DNA from: Cladosporium halotolerans
Taxonomy: Eukaryota
Length of the DNA stretch: 49,866 nt
Assembly (NCBI RefSeq): GCF_011745625.1
Contig: NW_027191515.1
Coordinates: forward strand, 1 to 49,866
Direction of reading: 5' to 3'
The position numbers were made by a program, and so were the translations under genes. Positions within the stretch are counted from its first letter, which is position 1. Every line of letters begins with the position of its first letter. Under the pieces are notes generated by a model. The model ran no database searches, was not told the origin of the DNA, and worked only from the letters and a program-made list of their open reading frames with translations. This document shows, piece by piece, positions 46,901 through 49,866 of the stretch.

Positions 46901-49866
46901 GGCGATCTCCCGGACAGTTGGAGAGAAACGATCATAGCGTACGGCATCGCCATCACCGCTCTTCAGCGGGCAGAGCGACTGGCGGATCTTATTCATGCGC
47001 CCAACATGGATGATTTTATCAAGGAACTGCAATACAATGGTCACACGAATTGGAGCCCTCACGATCAGCCAGAATCTTTGCTGATGGAGATTGAAAGTGG
47101 AATCATCATTCGCGATGTTCAAACAGACATCGGCAGGCAGATGCAGCAGCCGACCTGTTGTGGCAATGCTGTCATGCAGTTGAACATGGGAGAGGGCAAG
47201 TCCAGCGTCATCGCCCCGATGGTCGCTGTCAATCTAGCAGACGGCCACCGGCTGGTGCGCGTGGTTGTAGGAAAACCGCAGTCCAAGCAGATGGCTCAAA
47301 TGCTTGTCTCCAAGCTTGGAGGTCTAGCCGACCGTCGGATCTACCACTTGCCTTTCTCGAGGGCGTTGGCTCTGGACAGGGGAGCTGCCAAGATCGTCGA
47401 TGACTTGTTGCATGAGTGTGTGGCGAATCGAGGCATCTTACTGGTGCAGCCAGAGCACCTCCTATCCTTCAAACTCATGGCTCCCGAATGCTATATCTCT
47501 GGCAATGAGGAGACCGGTCATCAGCTCGTGAGGACTCAAGATTTCTTGAATCAGTATGCTCGCGATATCGTTGATGAGAGCGACGAGAATTTCAGTGTTC
47601 GATTCGAGCTCATATACACGATGGGCACGCAGAACTCGATTGAGATGAGCCCGGATCGCTGGTATATCATCCAGCAGGTGTTTGAAGTGATTAGAAGAAT
47701 TGCACCGATGGTTGCCGAACAGGAGCTCGATTCACTTGAGGTTCATCCAGTTCGAGCTGGTGAGTTTCCACGCGTCCGCATCCTCGGCACAGCTAGCGGT
47801 TCCACATTGGTGAGCCGAGTGGCCAAGGAGATATGTGAGAGTGGGCTTGACGGTCTACAAGTATCACGACAGTCCGAGAAGGTTCGCAAAGCCGTGTACA
47901 GTTACATCACAAAACCTGCACTGAGCGAGAATGAAATCAGCGCGGTCGAGGATGGGATCTTTTGGACAGACACAACGAAAGCTCCACTACTACTCCTAAG
48001 AGGTATTTTTGCCGGAGGAGTCTTGCTTTTCTGCCTTGGTCAGAAGCGTTGGCGCGTAAACTATGGTCTCGCATCGCGAACACCATCCACGAGATTGGCC
48101 GTCCCGTATCGCGCGAAAGACAGTCCGAGCCTTCGATCAGAGTTCAGCCACCCGGACGTGGTCCTGTTGTTGACATCACTATGCCACTACTATCAAGGGC
48201 TGGATGATGAGGACCTTTTCACGGCTTTAGCACATCTCATTGACTCGGACCAAGCCGACATCGAATATCAGTCCTGGGTGAACGATGCCTTCCAATTGCC
48301 ATACTACTTCAGGCAGCTTCAAGGTGTCAATCTCAAAGACCGTCCTCAATGCGTGGACGACCTGTTCCCAGCACTACGGCGTGGCAAGGGTACGATAGAC
48401 TACTTCTTGTCCCACATCGTATTTCCCAAAGAGATGATGGAGTTCACCCATAAGCTCTCGGCTTCAGGATGGGACATCGGCAAGCAAAGGAACGAACTGA
48501 TGACAGGGTTTTCGGGCACCAACGACTCAAGGTACTTACTCCCTATGGACGTCGAACAGCTTGATCTACACCAGCAAAAGCACACAAATGCCATGGTTCT
48601 TGAGTATCTTCTGCAAGACGGCAACTCTGTGGAACTACTGAAACCCAACAACAAAGATTCTACGGACGCGGATTTCTTGCTTTTATCCATCGTACAGTTT
48701 CAATGGGAAGTCCAGGTGATCCTCGATGTTGGTGCTCAGATCCTCGAGCTCACCAATTTGGAGGTGGCTACCTCATGGCTTAAGTTGTCACAGACAGACA
48801 AGGAAGCGGTGGTGTTTGTCAACACCCAAGATGAGCTCTGCGTTGTTGACCGTGAGGGCCGCATTGATCTGTTGCATGTATCGTCCTTCGAAAGCCGATT
48901 GGACTCTTGTCTTGTATTTCTCGACGAGAGTCACACGCGTGGAATTGACATTAAGCTTCCTGCTCACTATAGGGCCGCGGTGACTCTCGGTGCCAATCTC
49001 ACCAAGGATCGTCTTGTTCAAGCATGCATGCGGATGAGGAGACTCGGACACGGTCAGACGGTCGCATTTTGTGTTCCACCTGAGATACAGGACAAGATAA
49101 GGAGCATGGATTGCGATCCCGGTAACGAGATTGAGGTGTCCGATGTGATCCTGTGGTCTATATCAGAGACGCACAGAGAGATGCATCGAAATGTTCCTCT
49201 ATGGGCCGCACAAGGTGAACGGTTCATACGACAACAAGACTTGTGGCAACAAATAACGGAGAACGGCGAAACATCACTTAACGAATCCAATGCGACACAC
49301 TTCCTGGAGGAAGAGTCTCAAACACTTGAACAGCGCTATCGGCCACAACGCAATTCGAACAAGCCAGTCGATGCTCCCTCTGCAAACGGGCTTCAAACGA
49401 CTTCGAAGGCCATCGTGGATCGCTGTCGCGAATTTGGCCAGCTCAATTTCGGCTCAAGCGTTTTACTTGAAGAGCAAGAGCGCGAGCTGTCCCCAGAAAT
49501 TGAACACGAGAGGCAAGTTCAGAGGCCGCCACCGGCACAACCTGCTGTGCATTACCTACACCCCGACGTAAAGCGTTTCGCATTGGGTGACACCACTCCA
49601 AGTTCTTCGGAAGGTTACATGGCCGCTTTTGAGTCACTGGCTCGTCTGAGCATCGCACGTCAGATCGATTTGTCGCAATTTGCGGCAGAAGGAAAACTTT
49701 TGGTATCCGCCGACTTCGCCACTACGATTACGCGGTCCGACATCCTCGGTACAAGTGACGCATTTCAGCGACATGTCGGCTGGATAATCACGAGATATAC
49801 TTACGACGACGGAAGGATTCAGTCCTTCATGGCCATCAGTCCGTATGAGGCTAATCTCCTGCATGT
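40985..49866 (+). CDS. Giant DUF6606 / DUF3638 / DUF3645 protein with a P-loop SF2-helicase-like core; 3'-partial, >=2960 codons
   Basis: Starts MQAKIEKDKLQRIFHHVFLPPQLPQ...HIRSQNAA...FELSPRNEAVM..RGRLVRDFPG. Same frame at QLNMGEGKSSVI (~47180) and at the window end (SPYEANLLH). Also DIVDESDE, LAVPYRAKDSPSLRSEFSHPDV, GFSGT, FLDESHTRGIDIKLP, QACMRMRRLG and EEQERELSPEIE. No ORF-track entry exists in this frame, consistent with no stop inside the window. Confidence 0.92.
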   Translation, partial: MQAKIEKDKLQRIFHHVFLPPQLPQEADDTSDSPLLLATITAMRAIEDILPDSLAIKYAVVALENLQAVNSLSGCATSEHVLSQRLLTLGEGHTIPIHIRSQNAAIVVTRQRGNLVFEEFELSPRNEAVMGTRGRLVRDFPGLAVEIDLGTTDMANFIPAVANMLSTMCQQPVPGMQPQSKKARGHHEEIRDTAHPAAISELLFGFLRGFGNLVSVSAISKNTREEVLWKDAEVPWRRCPTWLLIRVVLQLTLERSPDGSRLLYKETMVFFMGQILQSSLEGNLAPEILHTMNSKIVRRMCKLYSMTEHNKEKAVNQRLIKPAEMILEKAAKILSDQWEDTQQQHSRKLDLGSLVNLSCETDTHVSLPLLDRHIENIHSRKQGRGPVEFSPSSDLVVFNSNILPQVSGFESKDCTYTTANLQQLEHWIGCNIDSWTLSNTREGSCAKLHELMTEYHSLAGRHYCDNPEAISMMILTIMELWVACDKIATEIDPRLTDYDPGVPLDILQSLLIPLHQQMERLKLIEEHLQRRRDLSRYKQAQKLFDMTSPQGYANRYFDGSAGHQDLLRAIVRQAEDARQAKLTELKAAKDEYRRLNALYTSASCAYVTVVVDDWMDPPETVQRHRNDCAKCSYREQRDDLKISVHEWPLPENDLEAQVVVFELDVPDWFAFWRDFRFHLLQDVLRGDREELITPHCYCLSQSDPHLSNSQYRGSKTHRIDLLSECKPFIVSHYRSKRVNSALQTSEVCVANGLRYQYYDAGSRRYVGILHHPDTIARMCTYELPNKHLQRYVFRPSCSPDGPPPNHVIASQDICPTDMSLEEYKELASIPLGHHIQWANMILQLAMPSVDFKKEVTTLVFLQCIYQTGPPNDTVLREAHEFFSDDAKVKSLIDQTEAAIGRVKQNWESAQALGLFATILRRALSLNTSSVGRCLTLLAQIQMIALGWLGHLRDRAYAAFSHEDRMAFVQKSVEVAMVCVGTFDVDDMHLETMLGSKAGTSSLVQCSIIVQQGRNTNAQEGQRSPLPHLRHQRTLHRSHEMLIRYQSGLDDAVAKSWSAYAPGRTGWMSVSDITRNWLTTTTATGLKVHYNSLDGEILVNGLPLDQPPKSYREQRLYSILFGQAVVEVMPGSSPGFDFSTKRCFQSCVVQLGMHDSDSYAGDRLVVRTTDANDSDSGHGVSETIPRHLMANMFPESFLDDYVHWYNHGSGRIEFRPLEKSWIPDVATNWILAKDKNSRDWRLSKGPDAVIGMKKATSTVVADILRPLMRHSGIHCISQSSIGQLLVTIPALRLNFHLRNGSSLLHSKEFRGMAVDYLQTIGTLVGFRNKILLKSATGKQLLLVKESTVSYVKDTGHIAVSVDDISTARVHALRVDPQLGRLIDNGDLQCKLYLANIHALTSSFLPDPFLGVTGTEQSLSILRSAAVRSFSQLSQPNVDILGHIARLSHRHQFYPIHERVMQSVSWDSQLSPLAQHSGLRVEVHEIFQQAQRICFLYPDIELEFPHLPQLDEHLRDRDIIRDSCFRVSGFGAENHTVKYDALYRPRDRNINSERAKKAMHISGLMHRIGDDTNWEVPTIDDLWRRMSAFPDIEGVETRAYTDELRYDAVYLDEGLDFILARLPSICNTLKASQNMGQRDYALMGWFAGLAFPLDDADCRMVQIFVMFSKSRSVAGIPLPIVRRFRIQEGRRYSTAELKRIVQANTRRVKKCPEYHLQRWRNENHTSYLNRRDQAWQGASQSAVNNFIAMLEVQWPCEHLVLRPTTNASTYIDVGGAMDAARTQFKAWHDNCLLYDFLDHVVRGMNLLTHREIGIGHVVALSATRAPSLSGHITVQHLFSVRAPRLPAFDESKKLRPAKTEKTHAGLGTFRLRSLIQIMRDSHGGSEYERRHASDLQTSLEALLTHGKHCFIGIGATSKEVDQHLKDCKDYVACVYGTMITSVSSSPPALIAQKVQQYPRISPTLLLRQLSCTHWGDLPDSWRETIIAYGIAITALQRAERLADLIHAPNMDDFIKELQYNGHTNWSPHDQPESLLMEIESGIIIRDVQTDIGRQMQQPTCCGNAVMQLNMGEGKSSVIAPMVAVNLADGHRLVRVVVGKPQSKQMAQMLVSKLGGLADRRIYHLPFSRALALDRGAAKIVDDLLHECVANRGILLVQPEHLLSFKLMAPECYISGNEETGHQLVRTQDFLNQYARDIVDESDENFSVRFELIYTMGTQNSIEMSPDRWYIIQQVFEVIRRIAPMVAEQELDSLEVHPVRAGEFPRVRILGTASGSTLVSRVAKEICESGLDGLQVSRQSEKVRKAVYSYITKPALSENEISAVEDGIFWTDTTKAPLLLLRGIFAGGVLLFCLGQKRWRVNYGLASRTPSTRLAVPYRAKDSPSLRSEFSHPDVVLLLTSLCHYYQGLDDEDLFTALAHLIDSDQADIEYQSWVNDAFQLPYYFRQLQGVNLKDRPQCVDDLFPALRRGKGTIDYFLSHIVFPKEMMEFTHKLSASGWDIGKQRNELMTGFSGTNDSRYLLPMDVEQLDLHQQKHTNAMVLEYLLQDGNSVELLKPNNKDSTDADFLLLSIVQFQWEVQVILDVGAQILELTNLEVATSWLKLSQTDKEAVVFVNTQDELCVVDREGRIDLLHVSSFESRLDSCLVFLDESHTRGIDIKLPAHYRAAVTLGANLTKDRLVQACMRMRRLGHGQTVAFCVPPEIQDKIRSMDCDPGNEIEVSDVILWSISETHREMHRNVPLWAAQGERFIRQQDLWQQITENGETSLNESNATHFLEEESQTLEQRYRPQRNSNKPVDAPSANGLQTTSKAIVDRCREFGQLNFGSSVLLEEQERELSPEIEHERQVQRPPPAQPAVHYLHPDVKRFALGDTTPSSSEGYMAAFESLARLSIARQIDLSQFAAEGKLLVSADFATTITRSDILGTSDAFQRHVGWIITRYTYDDGRIQSFMAISPYEANLLH

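Noticed and set aside
41542..49864. Many short ORF-track entries on both strands
   Set aside because: Shadow ORFs overlapping the giant frame that starts at 40985.

Overview
Fungal (filamentous ascomycete-type) genomic DNA: short spliceosomal introns (about 47-70 nt) with CTRAC-like branch sites, and fungal-specific gene families. The window looks like an accessory or mobile-cargo region; I recognised no housekeeping genes. Left part (2-13 kb): divergent regulator-like genes (MADS/SRF-like, a large JmjC-like protein with altered metal ligands, a two-repeat Myb/SANT-like protein) plus orphan ORFs. Middle (16-34 kb): a frameshifted, truncated non-reducing PKS (SAT-KS), a decayed ankyrin-like relic, a fungal kinase-like gene, a small Cys-rich gene, a LINE 3' fragment, a 19-bp minisatellite, an F-box-like gene bracketed by degenerate inverted repeats, and an intact Fot1/pogo DD35D transposon. 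Right part (35.8 kb to end): a compact set of apparently intact genes that all point to RNA or nucleic-acid handling: an OTT_1508-like Zn deaminase, a degenerate RNase III + dsRBD protein, a tandem-CCCH + DXO/Rai1-like nuclease, and a giant (>=2960 codon) DUF6606/DUF3638/DUF3645 helicase-like ORF that the ORF track misses. This last cluster is the best candidate for an undescribed system (RNA sensing, editing or decay, possibly antiviral). All domain calls are by-eye motif recognition; no searches were run.
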